A stretch of 64,000 nt of DNA, taken from positions 5,306,914 to 5,370,913 of the forward strand of contig NC_134034.1 in the NCBI RefSeq assembly GCF_964204645.1, in the 5' to 3' direction. The stretch comes from Tubulanus polymorphus (lineage: Eukaryota > Animalia > Nemertea). The notes below the pieces were generated by a model that was not told the origin of the DNA, ran no database searches, and was given only the letters and a program-made list of their open reading frames with translations. The translations under genes were made by a program, and so were the position numbers. Shown here one piece after another: positions 32,170 through 46,059 of this stretch (positions within the stretch are counted from its first letter, which is position 1; the number at the start of each line of letters is the position of its first letter).

Positions 32170-35120
32170 CAAACATGGCTAAAACGCGGACAAGGCTGAT
32201 GAACGGTAAGTGGGAGCGCGTTCAGACGAACAAGCGCGTAATGTCAAGTACATGAACAATCGGTTCGCATTGTCGTGGACGATAAAAAGAAACAGATATA
32301 TCATTTTCGACCAAAGCAAATAGAAATAAGTCCGCAAAAGAAATTTTTACTTCCAAATATGTACCGGTATTCAATTCAAGTAGAGAAGGCCGTCGATTAA
32401 TTTACTTCGACGAAACGTGGTTGAATAATCACCACACAATTTTGGCCGAGTGGACTGAGAATACTAAACAAAGTGTTTCAGTGCAGGAAATATCGGTTGT
32501 CCGGAATGTGGGGGTCACATCCCGGATAAAAAGGGGAGCGATTAGTTATCCTTGATGCTGGTTCAAGGTATGTAGGTTCCATTAAAGAAAAGGTATGTAA
32601 CAGTCCCAATCTGATGAGAACCCAATAACATTACCATATCAAATATTTTAACGATATTCCAGAGAAGGTAACGTCTTGTGTTTTAGACGTATTAATTGTT
32701 CGTGCAAATCCGGTGACTACCACTCCGAGATGAACGGAGAGTATGTATTTTTGCATTTACCGTAGACTTCAAGGGGCACTGAAAAAATTATGAAAAGACA
32801 GTTCGTCGTCGAGAGCAGTGTGTCTAAAATTCATATTAAATGTTTGTATGTTGTAAAATAAAACCTTAAAACGTATTTGTAATTCTGAAGCAAGAATGTT
32901 AAATGCTATGGACTTCGGTCTGGCGGATTAGAAACTATTTTATTTCTATCTTAATGAAATATTGTATGATTTAGTTTGAATTAAACAAACTGTACCTGAA
33001 GACCCTTTCTATGTGTTCGGGTCACTCCCGTGTTGTATTTTTCAAGTGTGCCTAAATCGATATTCCCGTGCTTAAATCGATATTTCTATGCTGTGCTCTG
33101 TGCTCGAGATGGCGCCACTATACGGTTGTTAATTATATTGTGTGCTCGGGGTGCTTTGTTTTAGCCAATTAGATGGGGTTACGTCATAATCTGGGCGCTA
33201 TAAAAGGCAAAAATGTGCTTTATTAATTAGTCCCGGTGCACATTCTTAGGTGTGTATTACTAAGATTTCGAACTATGGGGGAGGTATTAATCTAATTTTC
33301 TTAGTAAGTCATACTTAGCACTGATTCTCTTTAGTTAAATATTTATTGGTCCTTATTCTCAAAGTTGTTTTTCTTCCAAGATGTTTTTCGGAATACAATC
33401 TTTCAGGGTTCAAGGAGGCTTTCTCCTTTGAATTATTCCCCGAAAGTGTTCTTCTTTCCGATTTCCTCTCTTGGTTTATCACTCAACTTTTGAGTTTTCG
33501 GAATAGTGACCATCTCTTACATAAACATAATAAGAAAAATAATTAAATAAATACTTAATGGAACTATGATCACATATAGCGAAAATTCTTATCTTTGTTA
33601 GGAGCACTTAGAGTTACATTTTTTAGCGTAAAAAGAGCGCAGGGTTTAAGCAACTATTATTGAGTCGTAATGTTAGACTATCTGAAATCTTTATTCTTGA
33701 TACTATTGGTTACTGGCGCGAGTCGTGCACTTGTATTAAGGGCAATATGCCCTTTGTTAATCTCCTCCTTTGGTGGCCGGTTGGCCTTCTTATCTACTTA
33801 AAATTTTGTAAATATGAGACAGCTTCGAGGTTCTGTATATATTGTATATTGTTCGAATATTTCAAAAAGAATATTATAATAAATAGTATTTCAAGAATAT
33901 TTTCACAAACATAAAATTCTAAATCTTTGCCTTTTTCCCTAAACTTTTTGGTGTCGGATTTACTATCGTATAACAAGGAGTGGATTTTTGACCTCATATT
34001 CCCTGGAGAATCTTGTGAGTGAAAGTGTTTTTTGGCATCATGTAAGTCTCCCAGAAAGGGGAAAGAATTGAGGGCACCCTCTAGTGGGAGAGGCCAAAAA
34101 TTGGTGAACGTTCCTCGTTTTAATTAGTTGGTATCTATTATTCTCTTTTTAAGCTAAACGCCTACGCAGGTCGGCAGTGGAGGCTGGAAATACTTGTAGC
34201 GCTGGACGCAGTCCTGCATTTCCTCCTCAGTCGGAGAGAAAGCTAGAGGATTTTTATTTTATATAACTTATTCATGATTCTCTTATAAATTCACTGGTCA
34301 CAGTTTTCCATATTTAAGCACTCTCTCTTACTTGGGTGATTTGTGAGGACATTCTGTCACCCAGTTATTACAATTTTCACTGAGTATCGTACTCATTAAC
34401 ACCATTCTCACCAGAGGAAGACTTGACATATTTTTGCGCGTTGAATCTCATGGAGGAAACAAGAGAATCTTCCCCTTCTAGCTTCTTTACCTCCCATATG
34501 CTAGTGACGTGAGCGAACTCTTGAAGCGACGCCTATTTAGTTTATTAGAGATTATTGTTTTTTTTTGAGTCAGAGTTACCTGTATTTTCCCTTTCGGATT
34601 GGGAATATCCGAGAGTTGAGACGTGAGACTTATTGGTATGAATTAAGTAGATTTTCTCGTTAGTCACTTGCCAGTGCACGCTACCCAGAATTCCGGTATT
34701 CCGCTTCACCCGCGTGTGAATGTCCACCGATATTCATTATGGACGACAAACCTTACCAATTCTAGCCGATGCTTCGAAGGTACAAAAATTTGTAACTTCC
34801 TGCTCTCATACTAAGGTACCCCCGTTATCATCGACGAAAGATATGATATGTAATTGGCTGACGTACCGAAATATCAAAATTCCTGGAAATCCTTTGAAAG
34901 TAGAGCTTGTCGAAATATTGAAACGGAATAAACCAAAACAAATATACTGAAACGGACGAGATAGCTGAACGGTACTTAGAAAAATGCCATTTCTACATAA
35001 ATTCAATATTTGCTTTTAGAGTTAAAGCAATTGATTATGGGAAGCTCATGACAGAAAAGACGCCAAAACATGGAAAAGAACACGTGATCACGTCATCGAA
35101 AAAGTTAAAAAATTTTGAAA
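32170..35120 (+). pseudogene. IS630/Tc1-mariner transposase remnant (long DD-E spacer, Sailor-like), interrupted by a solo LTR
   Basis: REGRRLIYFDETW, KGERLVILDAGS and GDYHSEMNGE before the LTR; IMDDKPY..NWLTYRNIKIP..LKVELVEIL..DEIA after it. Confidence 0.65.
32822..34708 (+). repeat. Solo LTR related to the Gypsy LTR at 15292
   Basis: Colinear similarity at both ends; ends CCGGTATTCCGCTTCA; no adjacent PBS or PPT; 5' TG not found. Confidence 0.8.
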
Positions 35121-36599
35121 ATTTAAGTGATGCATTTTTCGTAGTTAAAATGTCTAATACATGTATTTTGAATGTGCTAGGTCGAAGAAAATATTAAGAA
35201 ACCGATAGCTCGATACGTCTGCCGATGGCTTGATACCCACCCATGGCGGTTCAGTCTCAGTAAATTGAGAAGATGATGACGTCAATAAAGGAGATGACGA
35301 TGGAGACGATATGATGACAACGATGGGGAGGTAGAAGGCGATGAAGATGCTGTGTGCAAAATATGCAAAGAACGCGAGCCACCAACCGCGTGTTAAAAAT
35401 TTCACGTTGATATATACATGTATGTGTATATACTATATTTTTGTCTGGTATTCTACTAACGTGTTCGATTGTACGTGGGTGCGTGCGCAATCAATTAAAT
35501 CTCTTAAACTATTTCCAATTGCAAGTCACGTTTTTAAGAGACTGTGTTTATATTTTTTAGGGAAGTGGTTTACATACCAAAATTATTCTTAATCTTATCG
35601 GTGGTTTTGAAACAGCGATTTTTTGACTGAATTGGGATCGAATCATTTTTAAGTGTATTTTGAATACGAATACAGGTTGGCAAGCATTACTATGAGTCGG
35701 AGCGATCAAGGAAAATATCTGACTTTTTCCTAGCAGCCACATTTTTCGAGCACTGTCCGACAGGATTTCTAAAATAAACAATATTAAAATTCTATGAAAA
35801 TGGGTAAAATGAGTAAAATCGGGTCTCACATCAAGAATAATGACTGATATTTGTTACAGATAATCCTATACGTATTCAGTTTTTTTGTCGCGTTTCTGTG
35901 CTCTTAAATGGTCTTATTACTTTTGTCACAGTCATTTTCTAGGGTCCTGTATACAATCTGCTCTTAATCTTAACTCTATGAAACAGTCTGAAAATAACTT
36001 CGTACTATTAAAGTCGACTCTTTAGTTCTCTGCCTAAGGCCAGATTTTGCGTCCACAATATTTTTCTGATTTTAACTGGACCAACGACCAGTATAGATAT
36101 TTTTTTCTTTGTATCCCAATCATTTTCATTCAATTTACACAATTTCCATTGTGCAATCATTCAAACGATTTCATGCGGAAAATATTGGAATGATAAAGCA
36201 AACTGGCGAAAACTATTGGGTGATGTTGCGTGTTTTTATCCAAAACGGAGAAAATAACCAAATATTCGAAAATGAAGAGAAGAATATTTTGTAAAGAAAA
36301 TCTTCAAGGAAGTTTTTGATAATGATGAAAACACGATGGAGACTTAGAGATTATGATTTTCTGCAGAGTACAAGAAAATGGATCCGTCCTTACTCCCAGG
36401 GATAAACCTGTTTCATTTAGTTTGAACAAGAAAATGGCCACAGTCAGCAAGTAGTAGTAGTGGCGGTAGTGTTCGTGTGCAACTCCTATTACGCAGTTAT
36501 TTTCGATTCATGCCTTCCAAAAAGACAGCGAGGGAGAAATCAAGCAAGTCCCAGTAGCCTTCGTTTTAATGTTGAGAAGAACCAAAAGAGATTACAAGA

Positions 36600-36775
36600 A
36601 CATTTTCAAATCTGTGAAACGTATGCTTCCAGAACTGTCGGTGAAACAATTAATACAGACTTCGAGACGGCAATTCGGAAGGCAGTCGCCCGTGCCTTCC
36701 CTACAGTCACAATGAAGGGCCGTGCTTATCACTGGTCGCAAGCTGTCTGGCGAAAAGTGCAAGATCTGACACTGA
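36600..36775 (+). pseudogene. MULE transposase fragment
   Basis: TDFETAIRKAVARAFP...KGRAYHWSQAVWRKVQ. Confidence 0.75.
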
Positions 36776-38554
36776 TTTCAGGGCATCCTTGGGATAAAGA
36801 CTCTGGATACCCTCATGATAATCAAATCACAGGACGTACTTTGCCGTAGTTTTATTTACATGATGGAAAATGCAAAAAAGGCAATGGCTACTGCGTTGGC
36901 GAAAAATAATGATATGACACACTACCGATGAGATGTTAGCTTCATGAATTGCGAGTATTGACTGTATTAGTGTGTGACCCGGTTTTTAGGTTCGGTAAAG
37001 ACAATTAAATATTTTATACTGCTCTTCTAGATATTCTCTGACGCCTTATAAATCGTCACCATTATGAAACCTAAAGAATGTAAACCATTCAGCGTCATTT
37101 TACAAATCACAACAGTAAATCGATGCGCAAAACGTCACAGGTCTATGTGTGCACATGCAAACTATTTGGCAAAATATTATTGACAAAGATGTAGAATATC
37201 TTCCTGTGATTATATAATGAGCCGTATTTTAACGTCGAAAAATTATATTGCATTGAATATTATTAGAAGTAATGGATGTATGATTATACCAGAAGCGGCA
37301 GGCACAAATCGAAATGATAAGTAAATCGGTCAAAATGGCGGATGTAAACCCGATGGGGTTGTCTGATATTAAGATAAGACCCTAACATGGGTATGCTGGT
37401 GGAAAGACAAAGCTATCTACGATCTGTGTGGGGCCGGCGTGAATTTTATCGGCGGCTACAAGCGGTCAATATTAAAATTTGTAAACATATAATTTTAATA
37501 TTCAGATCTTTTAGAAAATATGTTCGATGTTTGGGGTATGCAGGTTTCATAAGAACGATCCCGATTAGCAATTTATAATAACATAGCTGTCGTATGCGGC
37601 TCGGCGTCCTCTGATGGTATCAGGTGAAAATAAACAGTTGTCTGTCATAAAGTTTCCTGAGTTTCCTTATTGAAGATTTCTTTCTGTACTATTGTAATGT
37701 ACGTAGTTATTTGTACATTGGGATGTTGATCGTTTGATCGTTTGTAGCGGTAGGCCTACACAGCACAGACCCTAGAGGCAAAAGTGAACGAAGACCAACT
37801 TAGTTTAAGACAATAAAAGAGTAGTTACCACGTGGATCATCCGTATTGAAAGTTGACGTGCAAAATCAGAGCAAAGTCAAAGGAAAGTAACGCCAAAAAC
37901 GAAGCACTTATTATTTGAACTCAGCAACCACGTGTCAGCAACAAGAAAAATGATTGATGACGACGACGATGACGACGATGATGCAAGAGAATCGCAAATT
38001 AGGCGCTACTGCATTTTCATTCATAGCTTTAGTTTAAATTTCGTCAAGAAGGCTATCTAACCGGCGATACTAATTACCGACAAGCTATTTCAATCTCTAA
38101 GAAGGTTGGAACTTATAACAACTACAGGGTTACTGGTCTTCTAGTACTTTAAGGTAGCATGTGGCTTGCAAACCCTAGCAACACTGTCTTTTGCATTGTC
38201 CTTAAAATTACAGGATGTCAATGATTGTTCATTAGATTCCCACCGTGGGTTAAAACCTTTGGAACGTATGCCCAACAGTTAATTGGAATGCCAGCAAGTG
38301 ATTTTTCAATATTACCTCTATCAGACCTACAACCAAAACTACAACCCTACAAAATATAGATGTTTCAATCTCCTTATAAAAGGGCGCTGGAACTTATACC
38401 AACTACAGTTTCTGGTCTTGTAGTACTTTAAGGTAGCGGTACCGCCAAAAATATTGAATTCCTTCAATTTTATATTTTTTTGTAATTCTAATAGTATAAT
38501 GTGTTAACTTCATGATGAATGCGTTTTTAGAGTGAAAAATCACTCAAAACAATG

Positions 38555-39800
38555 TGTACGGTTATACGGTGATAGGTTAGCAATTTTCGACCGGAAGTAA
38601 AGCCTAGCCTACATCGACACTGCGATTGGAGACAACTAGTTGTCGGGCAGTTTTCAGCGCATGAGAGCAACTGGCTGGATACAATCAGTTGCTCGAACGT
38701 GTCGATGTGAGCTAGCTTACGATTGATAAGCATGGATCTATCTCCAGTTCCAGCCAGTTGCCCATGTTCTACTTTTGAGCAACTATTTGTACTCAGTTAC
38801 TGTCATATCCGTCGATGTGAGCGCTCTATAATCAAAAACACATGGTTGCAACTGACTAAAACAAACAATTTGTCACGTGATTCGAGATGCCCTGAGAATA
38901 TTTGCTAGATTACACATCTCAGTTGCTGTCGATCTGTGCGCTATGGACCTAGCGACCGGCATGAGCCACGCAGTTGCTGGTTTTCATTAGATTTTCGATG
39001 TGAGCGGGGTACTCGCTCACTAGCAACTAGTTGTCTCCAGTCGCTTTGTCGATGTATGCATAGCTTAAGAACCACACTTTATCGGCTGCTAATCCATTTT
39101 CAACGAACTGTCAGTCGCTTCAACCTTTTGATCGGCGATTTTATAAATTCTACTCACTCCTTAAAAATTTCCCTTTAAATGACAACATCTATTGAGCGGT
39201 CTGAATACTGTCAGAGTTAGTTGGTACGCTAAACCATTAATCATTTTTCACAAATAAGTCAAATCGTGACAATAGAATTTGAATTCCATTGATCGGCAGC
39301 ATAATACTAAAATGCAGATCACCTTGGTACTAGGAGGTAGCACCATATGGCCAATGTTATATTTCACACAACATAATTTTTAAAATAAACACAAAATTAA
39401 GCTATTTTGAAATAGAAGAATGAGAATAAAACCAAAGAAATAACTATGAAAATTCAAAATGATGCCATTAATCCTAAAATATTGATTTGGAATTAATATT
39501 GCGAACATCTATGGATTGGATGGAGTGTACGCGGAGCATACAGCAACCGAAGGTCGCGAATCAATTGAATCCAAGCATTATTGTAATTATTTCACCTGTT
39601 TGTGAAAAATATTAACCATTTGGTATAGCAATGACAGCTTATATTACTTGGACCACTTCATAGATAATGTCAGAAAAAATGAATTTTTAAATATGTGAGT
39701 AGAATCTATAAAATCAACTATCGAAAGCTTGAAGCGACTGACAGTTCACTGAAAATTCTCACTTCCCGTTGAAAACTTCTAACCTATAACCCGTATAAGC
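38555..39800. mobile_element. Foldback-like inverted-repeat element whose left arm is interrupted by a MITE
   Basis: 38560-38598 and 39097-39158 are reverse complements of 39761-39800 and 39695-39755; true ends not resolved. Confidence 0.55.
38601..39065. mobile_element. PIF/Harbinger (Tourist-type) MITE
   Basis: TIRs AGC..TACATCGACA..GCGA.TGGAGACAACTAGTTG; TAA TSD on both sides; internal GTCGATGTGAGC repeats. Confidence 0.75.
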
Positions 39801-40349
39801 ATTTATCAAATATGTTTCAAAATTCCAAAACCTGGGGTTTGAACCCAATGTGTTTTACCTAATATACAGAACAGCAACTCCTCCGTATGGTAGGTAGTCC
39901 ACTAAATGTACACTTCCTTGACTCAGTTAAAAGTATATTGTGTACTTTATTGTCTATTGTCACTCTACAATAAGTACTATTTTGAACAGTGGTTCACTCC
40001 TTTCTAGGTACATAACTTCATACCTCGCGAATTCTAAATTATCTACTCACTCATAATTTTACTCAATGAACTTTTCATCCCTTGTTTATATATCCATGCT
40101 TTTCTCTATGGTGAGACCGAAACATTCTGTCATTTAATTTTCAATTTCATCAATTTTAATGTTAAATTTCTTATTAACAGTGGGTTTCATCTAATATCAT
40201 ATTGGCGGTCATCTTGGATGCTAATTAGCATTTTCTATGCAAAATGATTCATTAATTTCTGGCTATTTCATCGGTATTGATTATTTTTCATTATGTAATA
40301 TCATCAAACCATCGAATTGATTTGTGCAGGGCACTGCTTCCTTAAATAA

Positions 40350-41520
40350 TTGCCCATCATTTCTTTTCTAGGATTCTCATGATGGTCATATCCCAGTAGA
40401 ATTGCCAAATATAGACATCCGATATTTCCACAATGCAATACTCCAAGTACTTTGACACAGTGGCCTTGGCCATTAGTTTGACCATTTTTTTGCGAAACCA
40501 CAGCTGTCTCCTCACCATGGACACATCTTTCAAAATTACACGTTTACCTGTGAATATTGCTTTAAAACACGAGCTGAAAAACAACTTTACTCTTTGGATC
40601 TACCTGACACTGCAATTTTCATACTCATTCCACAACACAATAATCGTACCATTTAACCCATTATTGCCGCATAATCAGCACAGCTCACCATTCAAAATGA
40701 ACACTCAACAGCATTGCACAACTTAACAACAATTGTCTATCACACTGGCTATTCGGTAGCTGGTGTTCATTATTTTGGCACAACCAAATCACCTAATAAC
40801 ACTTGGACTACAGTGAATGATGATTCGATCAGTAAGTACATCCTGGAAATGATATCGATAATCTCACCAAAGACAGGTATGAATTTCCACAGCCTCACAT
40901 ACAAATTACATCAATTATATGAACAATACGTTGGATAAAGATCAGCTACGTACACGTAATTAACATAATCCAGCAACACACATCGACAGTCTCAATGCAT
41001 AATTAGGCCAGCCTTCCACATCTGAAACATTATATCTACATGTATCTGGGAGGTACATGCTGTGAAAAAGCTCACTTGCTTCATATCATAGCTACCCATC
41101 TTACCAAAACTGCGCTGAACACTAATTCTGTAGTAGTAACTGCTCCTACAGACACAGCAGCACTTAGCATCGGAGGAACAACAATACACAGTGCGTTAAG
41201 ATCGCCTCTTGAGCATGGCTCATCTCCAACATATAAGCCCAAGTAATGAAGCCATTATGGCCATGCGTGATCAATGGAAGTACCCCGTATGTAAAATACA
41301 TGATCATAGATGAAATTAGCATGATTTCCAACAATTTCATACGCAAACGATTGTGTGAACTAAAGTATACTCAACGTACACTTGCAGGTTACTTTGGAGG
41401 AATTTCAATCATAACCTTAGGAGAATTTTCGAACTGAAATCTGTTATGGGGCAATTTATATTTGCAAATACTAATCAGCCATCACCTGTATATCTCTGGA
41501 CAGATTTTTCCTAAGCACAT
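40350..41520 (+). pseudogene. Helitron-like remnant: USP-like His box followed by PIF1 helicase motifs
   Basis: VYHTGYSVAGVHY..WTTVNDDSIS; TAPTDTAALSIGGTTIHSAL; IIDEISMIS; FGGISIITLGEF. Confidence 0.65.
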
Positions 41521-41770
41521 CATCTTACAATGATCATCTTAATCAAAATTACTGAAAATCAGACCAAAGTTGTAAATGCTATATAAACTATCCTAATCGG
41601 TTTAAGTATGTTGAAAGACGTCAAAAATATATTATTATAATTACAAAATTAATTCTTTTGGAAAATACTGTCGTGAAAAGTGGCAAGTTATTAAGGAACT
41701 AATTGGCAAGACTAATGATAAAACATAAATTACGACAAATTTTAAAATCAATTGGAAAACAGTTACTTAT

Positions 41771-44700
41771 GGCCCGTTTCAGAAATTTGAGTATTTTGGG
41801 TGAAGCCAAGGCTTAAGTGGGCATAAAAAAGAACTATGTAAAATAAGTGTACATTTTTTTATCAGACAGGTCCCACATATGTTGTGAATAAATATTTTAA
41901 ATTTCAGCTAGTCCGATGATCGGTTAAAGGCCTATGACTATTTACAATTGTGGGAAACAGCCAAAATGAGCCAAAATGCGTGACATGCTATAAACTATAT
42001 ATTATTATCCGTTTCCCGAAGTAATCCAGTAATTTAATTGAAGAAAAACGTCAATTGGAATCGATTCTATGAATGAAACTGGAAAAAATGATACTAGGGT
42101 GTTCGGATTTACTGTGGATTTAGATTGATCAATACTTTTATGCCAATGAAGCCAGAAATCACTAAAACTAACAATATTATCTATTAGACAAATACCACAT
42201 GCCAAGTGCATTGTTAGACCCAACAAAGTACCCATGAATGCAGTATAACCATAATTTGTATGTATGCACTACTTGATTTCACCTCAGCACTGCATGTCAC
42301 TTTACGGCTAGTATCCTTTTACAAGTCCTCTTTTTGTCGCAACCGTAACGCTAAACTTTCCACCCACCATGCACTTAGGTTAGTAGACTTTGTAGACTAG
42401 GTTGTCTTTGTCCATATATTAACCTTATGATAGTAAATGACAAGTTGGAAAGACTCTTCTCCAGTTGATATTACGCTTTTATTTTTCTACTGCTTATGGC
42501 TGTTCCAGTTCCGGTGTTCTGTCTCCTTCTGTCTCTCCCTCTCTTTCTCTCTATCTCTCTGTTTCAGGGACCTCCCTTATATAGGCACACGCGAAACTGC
42601 CACGTCGCAGTACTGCCACGTCGCGCGAGCACCAATTATATGAATTCCCTTTATGATAACAGCAACTGTTTAAATTTATTAATTCAGTGATTATAGTCCC
42701 TGGTAGCAAGTGAAACTAATGTGAAAACCATATGCTGATCTGATATTAAAATAATGATTTATGAAGAACTGGCGACCCAAAACTGAATGGTTTTCACGGC
42801 TGAATTAGTTCGGTTCAAACTGAGTTTATCAACGATACCAGGAACTATGAATTTGCTCTAAACCTATAGCTGCTGTTACTCACAAATTATGGAATGAATA
42901 TAACTTTCCTAATACTTAACCTATAGAACGCTTTCTGTGTTGCAGTTTAGCTCCAATTTCTAACAATGCCCGTTCGGTGGAGGGAAACATGACCATGTCG
43001 CAACCGTAACGATTTTGTCGCAACTGTAACGGTTATTAATTCATTAATATTCAGTTATCTGTGGGGTTAAAAGGGGAATGATAAGTTTTAGTTTACACAG
43101 ATACCAAATATCTGAGACGAAATATTTTGCTTTTTCAGGTTATAGATATGTATTTTGACAACTGTGAGGGAAAATGCACATTTCGTACATATGAAAAATT
43201 GAAATGTGTATGGTACAGGCCATATTTTACACAGCATAGCTGTGAAATTCATTCATAAATATGGCATTGTTTATCTATCTTCATTTCTAAATCAATAGAT
43301 TATCAACAAACTTGTTTTTGACAGACTAAAATGGCAGAATTTGAGTAAATAAGTAGACTGTTACGGTTGCGACGGAAAGCTAACCTGCTCTCTCATTGGA
43401 TTATCTCATGGTTGAGTCCTAAAAACTGTCCTGATAACTTTCACTCCTCTTGCTGAAGCAAGGCAATACATCTAGTAACAACTGAAACTCTATACCGGTA
43501 TATTATTAGACTAAGCCCGAAAATGCAGTAAATTGGTACCTAAAGGACAGAAAGCACTGTAATTTGAATTATATTTTAAAATCATGGACTCAACGATTAG
43601 ATAATCCAGACGTATCACATTTAGTTTGGAGTTGGAAAGCACGTCAAAATGCACAAGCTAACGGTTAAAATGGACTTCAGCCGAAAGGCATCAGAACGAC
43701 TTAGCAAGTCTACTTCAAATTGCACTAGCCAGTCTAATAGCACATGTACCATGGTTAAGACTAGCAAATTACGACAGGCACGATTACGTTAAAAAAATGG
43801 AAAAACTCTGAAAAAGGTGAAAAACTTAAAGCTGAAAACGTCCTCAAATGTGTAAAGTACAGACAGAACATGAAAGCTAAACGAAGAGTGGATAAGGACT
43901 TAAATCAGAGAGAGTGACAGATTATAACAGGTAGCGCCAGGATATCTATCGGCAGAAAAAGAAGGAAAAGAAATTAATAGAAACTGTCATCGAAAATAGG
44001 CCGAAAATAAGAGGAAATAAAACCGATGAAATCACTCCTGATGGCAGTGAATCTGGAAGCGATTCTAGTGAGGACATTACTATACTGTCATTGAAGCACA
44101 AGTTAAAGAATTTGCAGCAAAACCTGAGGCGCGCCCGTCAGAAACTGATGATGCAGTTTACACACCGGAAGCAGTACGCAAGCGCGCTCAGAGAACCAGA
44201 AAGGTGTGTCCTAGAACCCCATCCAAATGGGCCGAAACAGTTGCCCATTTAGTGAAAGAAAGAACTCCTCAAAAGAAGCATGACTTGATCAGATAGATGG
44301 CTAAGCATCGTCCCATGGTCACCAGAAATATAAGACTGCCACTGAACGAGAATGGCAGGATAAAGTTGAGGCATTCTTGTTACAAGATGACATCTCGCGC
44401 CAGATGCCAAACAAACGAGATGTAGTTAAAGTCGATGAGGTATCTATAGCCAAAGCGAGAACTTAATCTGAAGTTTTCGGAGGCATACCCCGCATATCCA
44501 TATCGTTAAACGACATTCGACAAATCTATCCCTAAGTACTCCTGACGGATGAAGCTAACCGATTGACGCGTATGTGTATGTCTGAAATGTTTCAACATGA
44601 CAGAGCAGCTACGACCAATTAATCCGCATGGAGGAACTATGTCAGTGTCAATCAACGATTTAAAGAAATCACTGTGTGAAAATGGTGACCGTCCGTTCAT

Positions 44701-46035
44701 CAAATTTTCTTGCATAAAAGTAAAATGTCCAGAATGCAAAGACAATATCTCGAAACGGTCCGATGAGATCATACAAGATAATGGTCATAAAATTGTCACC
44801 TACGTGCAATGGGAAAAAGTTAAAACAAAGTATACAAATAGCAAGGGGGTGACAGTTGAAAAAAGGCATGGCGCCAAATTGATTATTCAAAACCAATCTC
44901 TGAAGTTGTCGACAATGTGCTGAAAAACCTGAATTCATTTAACGACCATTTGTTTCGCACTGCATACCAGTACACCCAACACTGAGTTCTTAGAGCTAAT
45001 CTGCCAATGGAGCATCTCATAGCTTACGGTGACTTTGCTCAGCACTATGCATTAGCACCAAATGCTGAAATTGAAGCAGCACATTATGCGATACCGCAGG
45101 TTACAATTCACCCATGGTACATCATTCGTCATTCAAAAGACAGTACGATTGACGAACCCATTTTGATCAGTGAAACACTGGTTATAATCTCTAATGATCT
45201 GAAGCATGAAGCCATTGCGGTATACAACTTCACATTGACGCTCATAGCCTATCTGCGGTCAAACCCAGAGGATGATGACCCAACTGTACTTCATAGAATA
45301 ACAAAATTGTATGTTCATTTACTAAAATTTTGGTTAAAAACGATTGTTGATTTTAAAAATATGCCGATTTTATAAAATTTTGAACTTTTTTCTAACAATT
45401 TATGAACTTTAAGCTCAGATAGTCTTAATTGTTGGACTCCTTTATCAATGACACCATCCATTGCTATAGCTTGGCGATTAAATGTAAAAAAATAATGAAT
45501 TATTAAGATGTGTCGCGACCTTATCGCTGAAATTGTAATTTTCTACATTATCTACATACCAGTATTCCAAATGCATCCAAATTTTTTCAGTTGCAGAATA
45601 AACTATTCTGGTTTCGTTAAATATGAATTGTACTATACTGGGGTTGTAGGAATTATGTTATATAAACTTCAATGGAAGAACCTGAAAATTTGGGTCTTAA
45701 AATGACAGAAAATTGGCTATAAATTGATTTTCTCTGAACTTCCATTCTCATAAAAACCTTCATTTATTGGGCATATATGTTATTGATAAAAAATACCAGC
45801 AAATGATGTATTCTGAAGTTTTTTGTATCATTGTATACGAATTTAATATATAAAGAGTTTTATGGCTATTTTGTCTTCATTGGGCTGAAATTTGGAATAT
45901 CAGGCATTCTTTCTTATATTTAAGAATGCTTTATCTTGGAACTACGAGACTTTTCCTAAATAAAAACCATGTACGAGTGAAAAATAAGAACATCATCTTT
46001 TTAATAAAAAGTCACACTCAAATCTGAAACAGGCC
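41771..46035 (+). mobile_element. Sola2-like DNA transposon, degraded
   Basis: TIRs GGCC(C/T)GTTTCAGA..TTTGAGT; 4-bp TSD TTAT; internal GTCGCAACCGTAAC repeats; transposase pieces GDFAQHY..EIEAAHY..QVTIHP..ISNDLKHE (45007-45375). Confidence 0.6.
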
Positions 46036-46059
46036 TTATAACTCTGAAATTAGTCTTGC

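Noticed and set aside
32822-34708. 3' LTR of the Gypsy element at 15292
   Set aside because: No PPT, visibly diverged from the 5' LTR, and embedded in an unrelated Tc1-like transposase
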